A stretch of DNA of 64,000 bases, taken from positions 57,025 to 121,024 of the forward strand of contig JADFRY010000001.1 in the NCBI GenBank assembly GCA_022561055.1, read 5' to 3'. The notes beneath the pieces were generated by a model, which ran no database searches, was not told where the DNA came from, and saw only the letters and a list, made by a program, of their open reading frames with translations. Both the position numbers and the translations under genes were made by a program. This stretch comes from Nanobdellota archaeon. Its GTDB lineage: Archaea > Nanobdellota > Nanobdellia > Pacearchaeales > GW2011-AR1. Positions 46,699 through 56,964 of the stretch are shown here, piece after piece. Every line of letters starts with the position of its first letter. Position 1 is the stretch's first letter.

Positions 46699-48565
46699 AT
46701 CGTTTTGGAGTAGGAAAGGACAAATTAGTTTTTTTATAATTCTTGCTATTGTAATAGTTGCGGCAGTAGTCATCTTCTTTGCTTTGAGGACAAATATTTT
46801 TGTTACAGGGATTGACCCTGAGTTTGTGCCTATTTATAATTTGTATGGGGAATGTGTGAAGCAGGAAACTGAAAATGCTCTGAATTTGTTAGGGACCCAA
46901 GGAGGCAAGATTGATGTTGGAGAGTATGTTCCTGGAAGTGAGTATGCTCCTTTTTCATCGCATTTGAATTTCTTAGGTTTTCCTATACCTTACTGGTATT
47001 ATGTTTCTGGAAACAATTTAATTAAAGAAAATGTTCCTTCAAGAAATGATATGGAGCAAGAGATTTCAGAGTTTTTAGAAGAGAGAATAAACGAGTGTGA
47101 TTTTAGTAATTTTTATGAGCAGGGATTTTTTATTGAGTTAGATGAAAGTCCAAGAGTTAAAACTAAAATAGAAGATAATAAGGTTAGTGTTGATGTTAGT
47201 GCTAGTGTTGTTGTTTTCAGAGAAGATAAAAGCGCGAGGAAAAATTTGCACCGAGTTGTGGTAGAAAGCAAGATTGGTAAGTTTCACAAAATTGCAAGAG
47301 AGATTTATGACAAGGAAAAAAACGAGGCGTTTTTGGAAGAGTATGCTGTCGATGTTTTAAGACTTTACGCTCCCGTTGACGGTGTTGAAGTTCAGTGCAG
47401 TCCGAAAATTTGGAAGACGCAAGAGGTTGTTAATAATTTACAAGAAGGATTAGAAGCAAACATTAGGGCATTAAAACTTAAAGGAAAATATTATAATTTA
47501 AATGAGAAAGAGGATGAGTATTTTGTAATTGACCATAATGTTGACGAGTCAGTTAATTTTTTATATTTAAGAAATTGGCCAAGTAAAATTGAAATTACTC
47601 CTGCTAATGAGGAATTAATGATTGCAGAACCAATTGGAAACCAACAAGGTTTAGGAATTTTAGGTTTTTGTTATGTTCCTTATCATTTTGTTTACGACGT
47701 AAGCTTTCCTGTTTTGATACAAATACATGATGGATTAGAAATTTTTCAGTTCCCTATTTCTGTGATTATTGATAATAATCTGCCTAGAGAAGCAGAACTT
47801 TTGAGTTTTGCAGAGGAAGAGGATATTGATATATGTAGTTTTAAGGAAGGGAATGTGCAGGTTTATACTTTTGATAGTAATTTGAATCCTGTCGAGGCTG
47901 AAATAAGTTATAAGTGCTTTGATAGTATTTGCAGGCTTGGAGAAACAGAGAGCTCTGGGGGAGATGCTGTTCTTAATACAAATATTCCTTTATGTGTTAA
48001 TGGTTATATAATTGCCAAAGCCGAGGGATTTGTAGAGAAGAAGCAGTTGTTTTCATCCAATTCTGAAATAATTGCCGACGTTATCCTTGATAGAGAATAT
48101 GAAGTTGAGGTTGAATTAAGAGTCGCTGGGAAAGAGAAAAAAAATACAACTGCGATTGTTCATTTTAGCGGAGAAGACGGAACAGCAAGTGTAGTTTTGC
48201 CTGAAAATAATAAAGTTAAGTTGAAAGAAGGGCTATATGATATAGATGTTTTTGTTTATGGAGATTCGAGTGTTGTGATTCCAAGTTCTAGGAAAAGGCA
48301 ATGTTTTGAAGTGTCAAAAGGAGGTTTGTTTAGCTTTTTTGGGGCAACTAAAGAAGAGTGTATTGATATTGAAATCCCTGAAGTAAGAATAGATTACGCG
48401 TTGACAGGAGGAGGAAAAACAAATACTTATATTCTGGAATCTGAGTTGAAAAAAGGCAGAGTGGTTATAGATGTTAGTGAATTGCCTAAACCAAATTCAC
48501 TTGAACAGTTGCAATATAATTACGAAATATTTAATAGTCTAGGAGTTGAGATGGTGTTTATATGA
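46691..48565 (+). CDS. large pilin-like protein (class III signal peptide)
   Basis: SRKG/QISFFIILAIVIV; LGTQGG; Cys-containing C-terminal domains; ATG 46691. Confidence 0.8.
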   Translation: MIRSFWSRKGQISFFIILAIVIVAAVVIFFALRTNIFVTGIDPEFVPIYNLYGECVKQETENALNLLGTQGGKIDVGEYVPGSEYAPFSSHLNFLGFPIPYWYYVSGNNLIKENVPSRNDMEQEISEFLEERINECDFSNFYEQGFFIELDESPRVKTKIEDNKVSVDVSASVVVFREDKSARKNLHRVVVESKIGKFHKIAREIYDKEKNEAFLEEYAVDVLRLYAPVDGVEVQCSPKIWKTQEVVNNLQEGLEANIRALKLKGKYYNLNEKEDEYFVIDHNVDESVNFLYLRNWPSKIEITPANEELMIAEPIGNQQGLGILGFCYVPYHFVYDVSFPVLIQIHDGLEIFQFPISVIIDNNLPREAELLSFAEEEDIDICSFKEGNVQVYTFDSNLNPVEAEISYKCFDSICRLGETESSGGDAVLNTNIPLCVNGYIIAKAEGFVEKKQLFSSNSEIIADVILDREYEVEVELRVAGKEKKNTTAIVHFSGEDGTASVVLPENNKVKLKEGLYDIDVFVYGDSSVVIPSSRKRQCFEVSKGGLFSFFGATKEECIDIEIPEVRIDYALTGGGKTNTYILESELKKGRVVIDVSELPKPNSLEQLQYNYEIFNSLGVEMVFI

Positions 48566-51500
48566 TAAAGAAAAGGTTTGGAGAATTGTTTTTGGTTGTT
48601 GGAATTTTGATTTTTATAATTGCAGGTTTGGAATTTAGTGTTGCGCAGGTTGGTTCAGGTTATTCTTATTCTGATAAGGAATTTTCTGGGAGTAATAGAG
48701 GCAGTGCAAGTTTTGTCAATTATGGTGCACCTCCTGATTTTCAGAAATATTACTCTTCAGAGGGCAGACTCAGTACTTATTTTCCAGTTTTAGCCGATAG
48801 AGATAGTTGTTTTGCGAGGCAGGATATTTTATTACAAGTTGCTCCTGTCGGTTGTCAGCCAGCTGTTGTAAGAAGCGATTTATTAGCAGAGCAAAATGTT
48901 CCGGTATTTTGTCAGCTTGATGCTATAAAAGTGAATCCTTTGTTAGATATTAAGCAGATAAGGAGTATAAGGTTTAGGGGAGATTACCCTAAGGAAGTTG
49001 TCGGAGTTGGTTTTCATCCTGCGAGAGCTGCTTTGAGGACAAGAGATAAACTTTTAGGCAGTCCATTAATAAATAATATTGGATATGTCGTTGTTGTTTT
49101 GAAGAGAAACCCAAATGAAGAAGAATTGCCGAATTTTATTAATTTTACCTTAAGTGCGAGACTCGATTATTATTCTGGAAATGCTTTAGGAATTGGAAAA
49201 AGTGAGTTTTTGCTTAGGGAAGTTACAGACGCTGAATGGAAGTCTGAAAGGAATAGACAAAGTTTCTTTAAAGGACAATATTTTGCGAGGCTTATCGATG
49301 CAGACCCTAATTTTGCAACTATTGCTATTTATCATGGAGAAAGGAAAATTTCGACAACAAGAGTTCAAAGGGGAAAGTCTTCAGAAGATATTTATGTGCC
49401 TGGCCAATATTGCCAGGTAGCTTTGAAGCTTTCTTATGATGGTTTTGTTTCTGCAGACAAGATTGCTAAGATTCGGATTGATGATGAGATCATTGATGTT
49501 TATCGAGGAAGCAGGTTTCTGAATGGCAAATGTCAAGTAAAAAGTATAAATGGGGATAGTACGAATGGAACCGTAGAAATTTCTTGTGGCGGTTCAAGAT
49601 CATTTACTTTAGGATTACAAGCAAGATTCTTGAAAGTTGGAGACCTTGTTAATTACACGAAAGGAGATAGAGATTTATGGGAGATTACAGAAATTAATGA
49701 AAAGGAGAGACAATATAATATAACAAAATATTCTAATGAAGGTGTAATAGAAAGTAAGGTTGTCAATATTAGTGATGTTTTTCCAGAGGTTTCTGATGTT
49801 TTATTTGAGGCAAGATATACTGGCGAGACAAAAGAATATTTCAAAAAGGCAATTGATAGTTATGAGGAAGTAGTCGATAGTTATGCGCGTGAAAAAAAAT
49901 CTGAGGCACGTGATATTGAAGGAACACCAACTTATGGAGAGCTAGCTTTGGGAAAAGCAATTGAGCTTGCGTCAGATTTTAAGAAAGAAGCAACCGAAGC
50001 CCGTTTAATAGAGAAATTTATTGATGTTTATCCTGACGCCGATAATAGTTCTTTTTATACTAGCAAATTAAATGAATTATATACGAAAGACAGCAGCTTG
50101 GCAGGAACAGTTATCGATATAGACAATGACTTTAAGACAATTAAGTTGCTGGAGATTAGGATTCCTGCGAAAAGGTCGAGTGCCGAGTTTGTTTTAGGTG
50201 TTGAAAGAATAACTTTGCAGAGTGGAGAGAGTCATTCATTTATTAGTATAGGAGATAAAAATGGCTTAGTCATTATTGAAAAGGTAGAGTTTGATAAGGT
50301 TAAGGTAACTTCTTATTGTGGGGAAGATGATAGAGGTAATAGAGAGTGGAGTAAATCAATCAGAATAGGAGAGAGTGAAACTTCTTGCGGGGTTAGTTTG
50401 AGATTGGTCGATGTTAATCTTGAAGAGTTTGCAAGAGTAAAAATTAGCCCTGTCGTTAGAACGACTAGCGAGACTGAGTTTACGGTCGGTGTTGGAATCG
50501 AGAAAAGAGCAATCAAGCTTAGTCCTGACAAGACAAAAGAAAAGATTGAGAATTTGAACAAGAGCATTAAGAAGTGGGAGTCAATTTCAAATAATTTAGG
50601 TGATGTTGTCAGAGGTTTGAAAGGAGCTTGCTTTGCAACTGCCGGAGTTTTAACTGTGAAGAATTTCTTTACAGGATTTAGTGGAGAATCTTTGGCAAGA
50701 CAGAAAGTTATGCGAGGTTCTGACGGCTGGACTGAATGGTGTAAAGATAGACTGAAACCAAGAGGACAGTATGATACTTTAACTCAATGTTATAATGATA
50801 AAGCTTCACAAATAAAAAAAGATGTTGATGCATATGCGAAAGCAATCTCTCAATCAAATAAAAAGATGAAAGCAATTGAGGATGATAGTATAATTTCTAG
50901 TGGAGGATTTTTTGGAGGAGATAGTATTGATATCGATGAAGCTAAGAAAGATTTAGTTAAAGTATTAGAGAGTGAATGTTCGAGTGTTAGTACAGGACTG
51001 GGCGGAGAAAATGGTGATATCGGAAAGTTAATTGCTGGTGTAAAACTAGAAGATTTAGGATATCAACAATTAAGAGACATGTATTTTAATTGTCTTGTCG
51101 TTAAAGGAGGCCAGCTTTCTAGTGGTGGTGTAGGATTGAACAGGGCTAATGAAGACTTGAAGTTAATCGGTGAAAGGATTTTGGAGAGGAAAGAAACTTC
51201 ACAAGTTAGAGAAGGTCTCGGTGAATCATTAAAAAGAACTGGTTTAGAAGGTTTTAGAATTGTGTCTTATGGAGGGGAAAATGCAATAAGAGGCGAGTAT
51301 TATGGGGGGATTTTGAAACCAGGAGATATAAATAATGTTGATATTAATAATAATACACCTGCTCAAGTTATAACTTATGACGGGGATCCTTATCTTATAA
51401 TTTTACAAAAAACTAGTGTGGAGAATTATAGACCAGAGAAGATTTATGCATTGACGCGAGAGAGTAATTATAAAGAGGCCACTCTTGTCGAGGGCGCGCT

Positions 51501-53937
51501 TGCTTCAAAGATTAGGAGAATCCATATTTATAGAAAAATCGATGCTGGTTCTTATAATAATAGATTTGCCAAGGGCGAGGATGTTGTGAGGTATTATGAG
51601 AGAGAGCCATATAAAGGGACGCCGGCAATTGTGCCTATAGATGTTGATGAGGGATGGTATGTTGCAACAAAACAAACATTGCCTGGTTTCGGAAAAATAA
51701 AAGCATTTGAATCGTCAGGAAGACCGGTTAGTTTCTGGGTTTGTAATATCATGCAAGATAAAAAAGTAGGATTTTTCTCTCCTGGTTTTGGCGATGATAA
51801 ATGTGTGCAGTTTAATATGAATACAGGACAGCCTTTGGATAAATTCCCTGGTTTGAGCGAGCGAAAGACAAGACAGTTAGTCGATAGAGCAGTTCAGGCA
51901 TTAGAGGATGCAGCCAAAGAGACAGGGAAGAAAAAGGGAGAGCTTGTTAATATTCTTGGGAGACGTCTTAGTGTTGGAGGTTTTGCTGCGAGTATTCCTG
52001 GAACGCAATGCCAAGATTTTATGAGTCCTGAAGATTGTTTGAAGTTATTTAATGTTTGCGACCCTGTGATATGCCCAAGTTCGAGATGCAATTTGGGTGG
52101 TACATATTATGTTTCAGATGTTATTCAATCTGGCGTCATAGGGAGTGTTTTGTTATGCTTGCCTAATTTTAAAGAAGGTATACTAGTGCCTGTTTGTTTG
52201 ACAGGAATTAAAGCTGGAATCGATGGTTATTTGTCAATTTTGAAATCTCATCAGCAATGTTTGCAAGAGAATTTGGAAACCGGAAGAACAATAGGGATTT
52301 GTGATTTAGTAACTTCTGTTTATACTTGTGAGTTTTTCTGGAGACAGGCGGCGCCAGTCGCAAATGTTTTGTTACCGAAAGCTGTTGAGTTTCTTTACAC
52401 AGGCGGACAAGGACAGGCGAGAGGCGGAGGAGAGTATTTAACTGTTCAGACTGCCTGGGAAAATGCGCAAGACTCTGTTAATTTCTTTACACAAGAATAT
52501 GCAGCTAATTCTTTAGAAGCGTTTAGAGTCAGGTCTATTGCAGAAGCAGGCACAACTTTGTGTAGGGCTTTTGTTTCTGTTAAAGGCCCTAAGTCGTTTG
52601 AAACACTAATTGAGCCAGATTCGCCGCCGCAGTTCCATGCATGGTTTAGTTCAATACCATTTAGCGACGCGACTGTTCCTGCCACGGCTCAGTATAAAGT
52701 ATTTTATCATATTTTTTCAGGGGATGATTCTGGAGTTGCATTTAGCGTTTATTTGAAAGACCCTCCTGAAACTTCATTCTATTACACGACTCCGACGTTA
52801 ATTGTTGCTTCAGGGTTTGCACCGAGAGGACAGTTTGCTACAGAGACGAGAGACTTTACTGCGCCGGAAGGTTATAAGCAGTTATGCGTGAGGATAAATA
52901 ACAAGGAAGAGTGCGGGTTTAAACAAGTATCTTCTAGTTTCGCTCTTAATATTATTAGAGATGAATTTGTGAGTGATGAAATTGAAAGGGGAGATATAAC
53001 AAGAGAGAGTGAATGTATTTCAGGCAAATTGAATGTTGCGGCTTTGTTAAACCCAAATATCCAAGAGGCAGCACAAGAAGCAATTGACCCTGCCGTTTAT
53101 AATAGAGGAGTAGTTAGGATTTGTGCGACTGATAATCCAGGAAAGGGAACAGAGCCAGAGAGGTTTGTGGATGCTGGTTATTGCGATGACCAGAGAGTAA
53201 GATGCTGGGTCGATATGAATAGTGTTGAAAGAGCTCTTACAGTTGATAATATTGGAGAAAAAGAAAAAACTATAGAAAAATTAGAAGCAAGGCAGAAAGA
53301 GCTTTTGCAAGAAGGAAAGGAAAAAGAGTTTTATAGTGAGACGAAAGCTAGTGAGGTTAGTGAAAGGTTAAGAAGAGAGAAACTTTTCAGAGTCAGCAAG
53401 GATAATGTCGAAGGTAGAATTGATGAGATTGATAATGATTTAGAAAAAGTATTTTTTAATTATCAGAGGGCAGAGTTTCTTTTGTTGAAAGGAGATGTTT
53501 ATGCTAAGGTTGCTAAGAATTTATTGACAAAATTGCAGGGAGTTTTGGAGATAGATCCTTCTGGGGGAGTCGAGGATAAAAAAGAAAAAGAAGAAAATAT
53601 AGAATTGCTTTTTTCTGAGAGATTTAGTCTTAGAAATAGTGAAGATGATTTAATTATACGTTATAAAAAGTATCAGGATAGTACATTAGATAATACAGAG
53701 CTATTTGTTCCTAAGGATACTAAAGTTTTGGTTTATAAGACTAAGAATAATGTTGTTGCAGATTTGAGTAGAACAATTGATTTTTCTGGAAAAGGGGAGT
53801 CTGTCATAGCTGTGAAAGAAAATTCGATGTATTTACGGATTTTGGATGATTTTGATTTAGTTAGGTTAGACAATGCGAAGATTTTATTTAGCGAAGATGG
53901 TAGTCTTAGCCTAAAGTTTGATGGTTCTGGTAACTAA
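48562..53937 (+). CDS. giant (1791 aa) Cys-rich exported protein
   Basis: N-terminal signal; CQPAVVRSDLL, CQDFMSPEDCLKLFNVCDPVICPSSRC, PDSPPQF; ATGA overlap. Confidence 0.85.
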   Translation: MIKKRFGELFLVVGILIFIIAGLEFSVAQVGSGYSYSDKEFSGSNRGSASFVNYGAPPDFQKYYSSEGRLSTYFPVLADRDSCFARQDILLQVAPVGCQPAVVRSDLLAEQNVPVFCQLDAIKVNPLLDIKQIRSIRFRGDYPKEVVGVGFHPARAALRTRDKLLGSPLINNIGYVVVVLKRNPNEEELPNFINFTLSARLDYYSGNALGIGKSEFLLREVTDAEWKSERNRQSFFKGQYFARLIDADPNFATIAIYHGERKISTTRVQRGKSSEDIYVPGQYCQVALKLSYDGFVSADKIAKIRIDDEIIDVYRGSRFLNGKCQVKSINGDSTNGTVEISCGGSRSFTLGLQARFLKVGDLVNYTKGDRDLWEITEINEKERQYNITKYSNEGVIESKVVNISDVFPEVSDVLFEARYTGETKEYFKKAIDSYEEVVDSYAREKKSEARDIEGTPTYGELALGKAIELASDFKKEATEARLIEKFIDVYPDADNSSFYTSKLNELYTKDSSLAGTVIDIDNDFKTIKLLEIRIPAKRSSAEFVLGVERITLQSGESHSFISIGDKNGLVIIEKVEFDKVKVTSYCGEDDRGNREWSKSIRIGESETSCGVSLRLVDVNLEEFARVKISPVVRTTSETEFTVGVGIEKRAIKLSPDKTKEKIENLNKSIKKWESISNNLGDVVRGLKGACFATAGVLTVKNFFTGFSGESLARQKVMRGSDGWTEWCKDRLKPRGQYDTLTQCYNDKASQIKKDVDAYAKAISQSNKKMKAIEDDSIISSGGFFGGDSIDIDEAKKDLVKVLESECSSVSTGLGGENGDIGKLIAGVKLEDLGYQQLRDMYFNCLVVKGGQLSSGGVGLNRANEDLKLIGERILERKETSQVREGLGESLKRTGLEGFRIVSYGGENAIRGEYYGGILKPGDINNVDINNNTPAQVITYDGDPYLIILQKTSVENYRPEKIYALTRESNYKEATLVEGALASKIRRIHIYRKIDAGSYNNRFAKGEDVVRYYEREPYKGTPAIVPIDVDEGWYVATKQTLPGFGKIKAFESSGRPVSFWVCNIMQDKKVGFFSPGFGDDKCVQFNMNTGQPLDKFPGLSERKTRQLVDRAVQALEDAAKETGKKKGELVNILGRRLSVGGFAASIPGTQCQDFMSPEDCLKLFNVCDPVICPSSRCNLGGTYYVSDVIQSGVIGSVLLCLPNFKEGILVPVCLTGIKAGIDGYLSILKSHQQCLQENLETGRTIGICDLVTSVYTCEFFWRQAAPVANVLLPKAVEFLYTGGQGQARGGGEYLTVQTAWENAQDSVNFFTQEYAANSLEAFRVRSIAEAGTTLCRAFVSVKGPKSFETLIEPDSPPQFHAWFSSIPFSDATVPATAQYKVFYHIFSGDDSGVAFSVYLKDPPETSFYYTTPTLIVASGFAPRGQFATETRDFTAPEGYKQLCVRINNKEECGFKQVSSSFALNIIRDEFVSDEIERGDITRESECISGKLNVAALLNPNIQEAAQEAIDPAVYNRGVVRICATDNPGKGTEPERFVDAGYCDDQRVRCWVDMNSVERALTVDNIGEKEKTIEKLEARQKELLQEGKEKEFYSETKASEVSERLRREKLFRVSKDNVEGRIDEIDNDLEKVFFNYQRAEFLLLKGDVYAKVAKNLLTKLQGVLEIDPSGGVEDKKEKEENIELLFSERFSLRNSEDDLIIRYKKYQDSTLDNTELFVPKDTKVLVYKTKNNVVADLSRTIDFSGKGESVIAVKENSMYLRILDDFDLVRLDNAKILFSEDGSLSLKFDGSGN

Positions 53938-55139
53938 TGAGTGCGGGGACTAAGTTTTATAGCGGAAGTTAAAAGCGGGGAGAATTGTCTGGGTTTTTTT
54001 GTTTAGGAAATAAATATAAATAACTCTAAGTTAAAGGTTTGATATGGATATAAGAAAAATAGGCGTTCATAACGGGTATTTTCATGCTGATGATGTTTTT
54101 GCAGTAGCAGTACTAAAATTAATTTATCCCAAAGCGAAAGTTGTTCGAAGTAGGGACCTGGGTATTTTAAAAAAATGTGATGTTCGTATTGACGTTGGTA
54201 TGAAGTATGATCCTAAAAAAGGAGATTTTGATCACCACCAAGGAAATATGAAAGAATCAAGGGAGAATGGAGTTCCCTATGCTTCGTTCGGTTTAGTATG
54301 GAAACATTTTGGAAAAAAACTTGTAGGTAACAACGAAGTCTGGGAGTATATTGACAAAAGATTTGTTCAACCAATTGATGCAAATGATACCGGTCACAAT
54401 ATATATGAGGCACAGATTGATCCACATACTACTTCAAAGGTCGTTGATGTGTTTAATCCTAGCTGGTTACAACAAGACGAAAAATTATATGATGAAGGGT
54501 TTTTTGAGATCTTACCCTTTGCTATGACACTTGTACAAAAAGAAATACAAAAAGCGGATGGAATCGTGAAGGCAAGAAGCATAGTTAGAGAAAAAATAAA
54601 AGAACAGGATGCAGAAAAGAAAGGTTTTTTATTTTTAGAAAAACATATTCCATGGAAAGAAGTTGTTATTAATGAGACAAGTGATGTCAAATATGTTGTT
54701 TCTTATCATGAAGGATATAGCACATGGGGTGTTGAAGCAGTTCGAAAAGAATTAGTCAGCTTTGAGAATCGAAAAGATTTACCCAAAGAGTGGGGTGGAT
54801 TAGCAAATGAAAAACTTGCCAGCGTTACTGGAATCAAAGATGCAGTGTTTTGTCATAAATCCCTTTTCGTTATTTCGGCGCGAAGTAAGGAAAGCGCTCT
54901 AAAATTAGTAAAAAAAGCCTTAAAAGACTAAATAATCACACGATTATTTATTTCAAAGATCGTACCGCATTACCCCCCATAGTTAAAAGCGGTCTGAGTG
55001 CGGGGACTAGGATCCTAAATACAAACTTTTTAGAAAAAAGTTTCTATGAGTTCAAAAACTATACTTGGAACTTCGTTCTTATTAGCAAGCTACAAAATAG
55101 TCCAGCAATATTGCTTTGCAATATTGAATGCGGGAACTA
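53938..55139. mobile_element. tandem mini-islands at tRNA-Leu 3' end (att-like repeats)
   Basis: TGAGTGCGGGGACTA exact at 53938-53952 and 54995-55009; 13/15 match to tRNA end at 55125-55139. Confidence 0.75.
54044..54931 (+). CDS. MYG1 (UPF0160) family protein
   Basis: HNGYFHADD, IDVG, FDHHQ, IDANDTG, LPKEWGG, FCHKSLF. Confidence 0.92.
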   Translation: MDIRKIGVHNGYFHADDVFAVAVLKLIYPKAKVVRSRDLGILKKCDVRIDVGMKYDPKKGDFDHHQGNMKESRENGVPYASFGLVWKHFGKKLVGNNEVWEYIDKRFVQPIDANDTGHNIYEAQIDPHTTSKVVDVFNPSWLQQDEKLYDEGFFEILPFAMTLVQKEIQKADGIVKARSIVREKIKEQDAEKKGFLFLEKHIPWKEVVINETSDVKYVVSYHEGYSTWGVEAVRKELVSFENRKDLPKEWGGLANEKLASVTGIKDAVFCHKSLFVISARSKESALKLVKKALKD

Positions 55140-55213
55140 GGATTCGAACCTAGGTAGGCACTAAGCACACTGCGGCCTAAACGCAGCCCGTTTGACCACT
55201 CCGGCATCCCCGC
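55129..55213 (-). tRNA. tRNA-Leu(TAG)
   Basis: GCGGGGA/TTCCCGC acceptor; CTGCG-TTTAGGC-CGCAG; long variable arm. Confidence 0.93.
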
Positions 55214-55256
55214 CTGCTTAGAAATAGAATTGAAATTGGAGTTATAAGCGTTTTGG

Positions 55257-55898
55257 TTATCCTTTAACTATGCTTTTAATAAAACCCAAACTAATTCGTT
55301 CAGGTCTAGTAGTGCTACCTAGTTTGTTATATTTTAGAGTCATATTTGCTTCAAAATATCCTTCTAAGGTATTTTCACAAACTATTGTAAATTCAGTATT
55401 TATGTTTGGCTCCATCATTTTGTTGAAATCTTTTTTACCACAATTAGTTATCTCAATGTTTTTTAACTCTAGATCTCCTTCTCCTGCTTGCACCACCTCA
55501 AGAGTTATTTGATTTTTACTTACAGTAAAGGCATTAACATAGAAAGGCGGACCTATGACTGCTAGATTTCCGAAAAGTTTTCCATTTTTACTGATGAATG
55601 GATATCCTTCTAGCATTTCTCCTTTTTTATTGATTATTGCTGTTAGTTCTTTTGAAACTCCAACAGTACATACAATTTCCCAATAATTTCCATCTAGATT
55701 AGGTATTTTAGTTATTGTTGAGTTTGAAGGGTCTTCACATGTTTCATAGAGGGAGTTTAATTCTCTCGGCTCTGATTCAATATATTCTTGAACGTCAGAT
55801 ATTTCTTCCAGGTTAGTTGAGCCAGTTAATAGGAAATAACCTACGACACCTAAAATTAGTAATAGAATAATAACAAAAATGATTATCACCTTTTCCAT
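55257..55898 (-). CDS. membrane-anchored hypothetical protein
   Basis: N-terminal TM, Cys pairs. Confidence 0.65.
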   Translation of the reverse strand: MEKVIIIFVIILLLILGVVGYFLLTGSTNLEEISDVQEYIESEPRELNSLYETCEDPSNSTITKIPNLDGNYWEIVCTVGVSKELTAIINKKGEMLEGYPFISKNGKLFGNLAVIGPPFYVNAFTVSKNQITLEVVQAGEGDLELKNIEITNCGKKDFNKMMEPNINTEFTIVCENTLEGYFEANMTLKYNKLGSTTRPERISLGFIKSIVKG

Positions 55899-55933
55899 TA
55901 TTTAGAAATGTGAAGAGAATATTTAAGGTTTTC

Positions 55934-56866
55934 TTAGGAGGTCTTAGCCTTTCCTTTTGCCTCTATCTCTTTGAGCTTATCTTCAATTTCTAACTTTTCT
56001 ATGAGTTCTTTGTACCTGTTTCTGATTGTGACTTCTGTTATTCCTGCGACATCTGCGACTTCTCTCTGGGTTTTCTTTTCACTGTTAAGGAGGGCAGCAA
56101 CATATAGAGCGGCAGCCGCAATTCCAGCAGGACCTCTCCCTGATGTTAGTTCTGAAACGTCTGCTTTTTTTAATATTCTAAGGGCTTCATTTTGGGCTTT
56201 TGGAGATAGATGCAAGATTGAAGAGAACCTTGAGATGTAGTCTTTTGGTGAAGATGGTTTTACTTTTATTCCGAGTTTTCTTATGATAAACCTGTATGTT
56301 CTGCCAATTTCTTTTCTTGGAACGTCAGATGCTGTAGCGATTTCATCTAGAGTTCTTGGGATATTGTATGAACGACAAGCTGCGTAGATGCAAGCAGCAA
56401 TAACAGATTCCATTGAGCGTCCTCGGACAAGACCTCTTTGCAAAACAAAGTTGTAGACTCTGGCAGATTCATCTCTTACGACAGAAGGCAAGTTGAGGAA
56501 AGAGGCGACTCTTCTTAATTCAGCCATTGCAAGTCTTAAGTTTCTTTCTATTGATGTAGAGACTCTTTCTTGCCATTTTTTTAGTCTTAGAAATTTGCGA
56601 GTTTGACCAGATTCTAATTTGTAAATATCAGAGATTTCGCCGACGTTTGTTGTGAGTCCCTTATCAAATTTTTGTATTGATAGTGGTGCTCCGCCGCGTC
56701 CTTTTTTTTCATTTTTGTCAAATTGGCCACCACCTTCTTGGCCAGTGTCAACCATTTTTTCTTCAATAAGAAGACCGCATTCATTACAGATTATTTCGCC
56801 CCTTTGCTCATCGTGAGTAAGATGTATGCTTTCGCATTCCGGGCATCTTTTTATATAGTCGCTCAT
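55934..56866 (-). CDS. tfb: transcription initiation factor IIB
   Basis: CPEC...CNECG Zn ribbon, ERNL, LVRGRS, TEVTIRNRYKEL. Confidence 0.97.
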   Translation of the reverse strand: MSDYIKRCPECESIHLTHDEQRGEIICNECGLLIEEKMVDTGQEGGGQFDKNEKKGRGGAPLSIQKFDKGLTTNVGEISDIYKLESGQTRKFLRLKKWQERVSTSIERNLRLAMAELRRVASFLNLPSVVRDESARVYNFVLQRGLVRGRSMESVIAACIYAACRSYNIPRTLDEIATASDVPRKEIGRTYRFIIRKLGIKVKPSSPKDYISRFSSILHLSPKAQNEALRILKKADVSELTSGRGPAGIAAAALYVAALLNSEKKTQREVADVAGITEVTIRNRYKELIEKLEIEDKLKEIEAKGKAKTS

Positions 56867-56964
56867 TTTCTATACATCTAATAGAAAGCTTTATAAATCT
56901 TTTCTTTTTCTGAGTATTTAAATCTTTCGTTTTAGAATTTTATTGATGTAACCAGGGAGGCACA

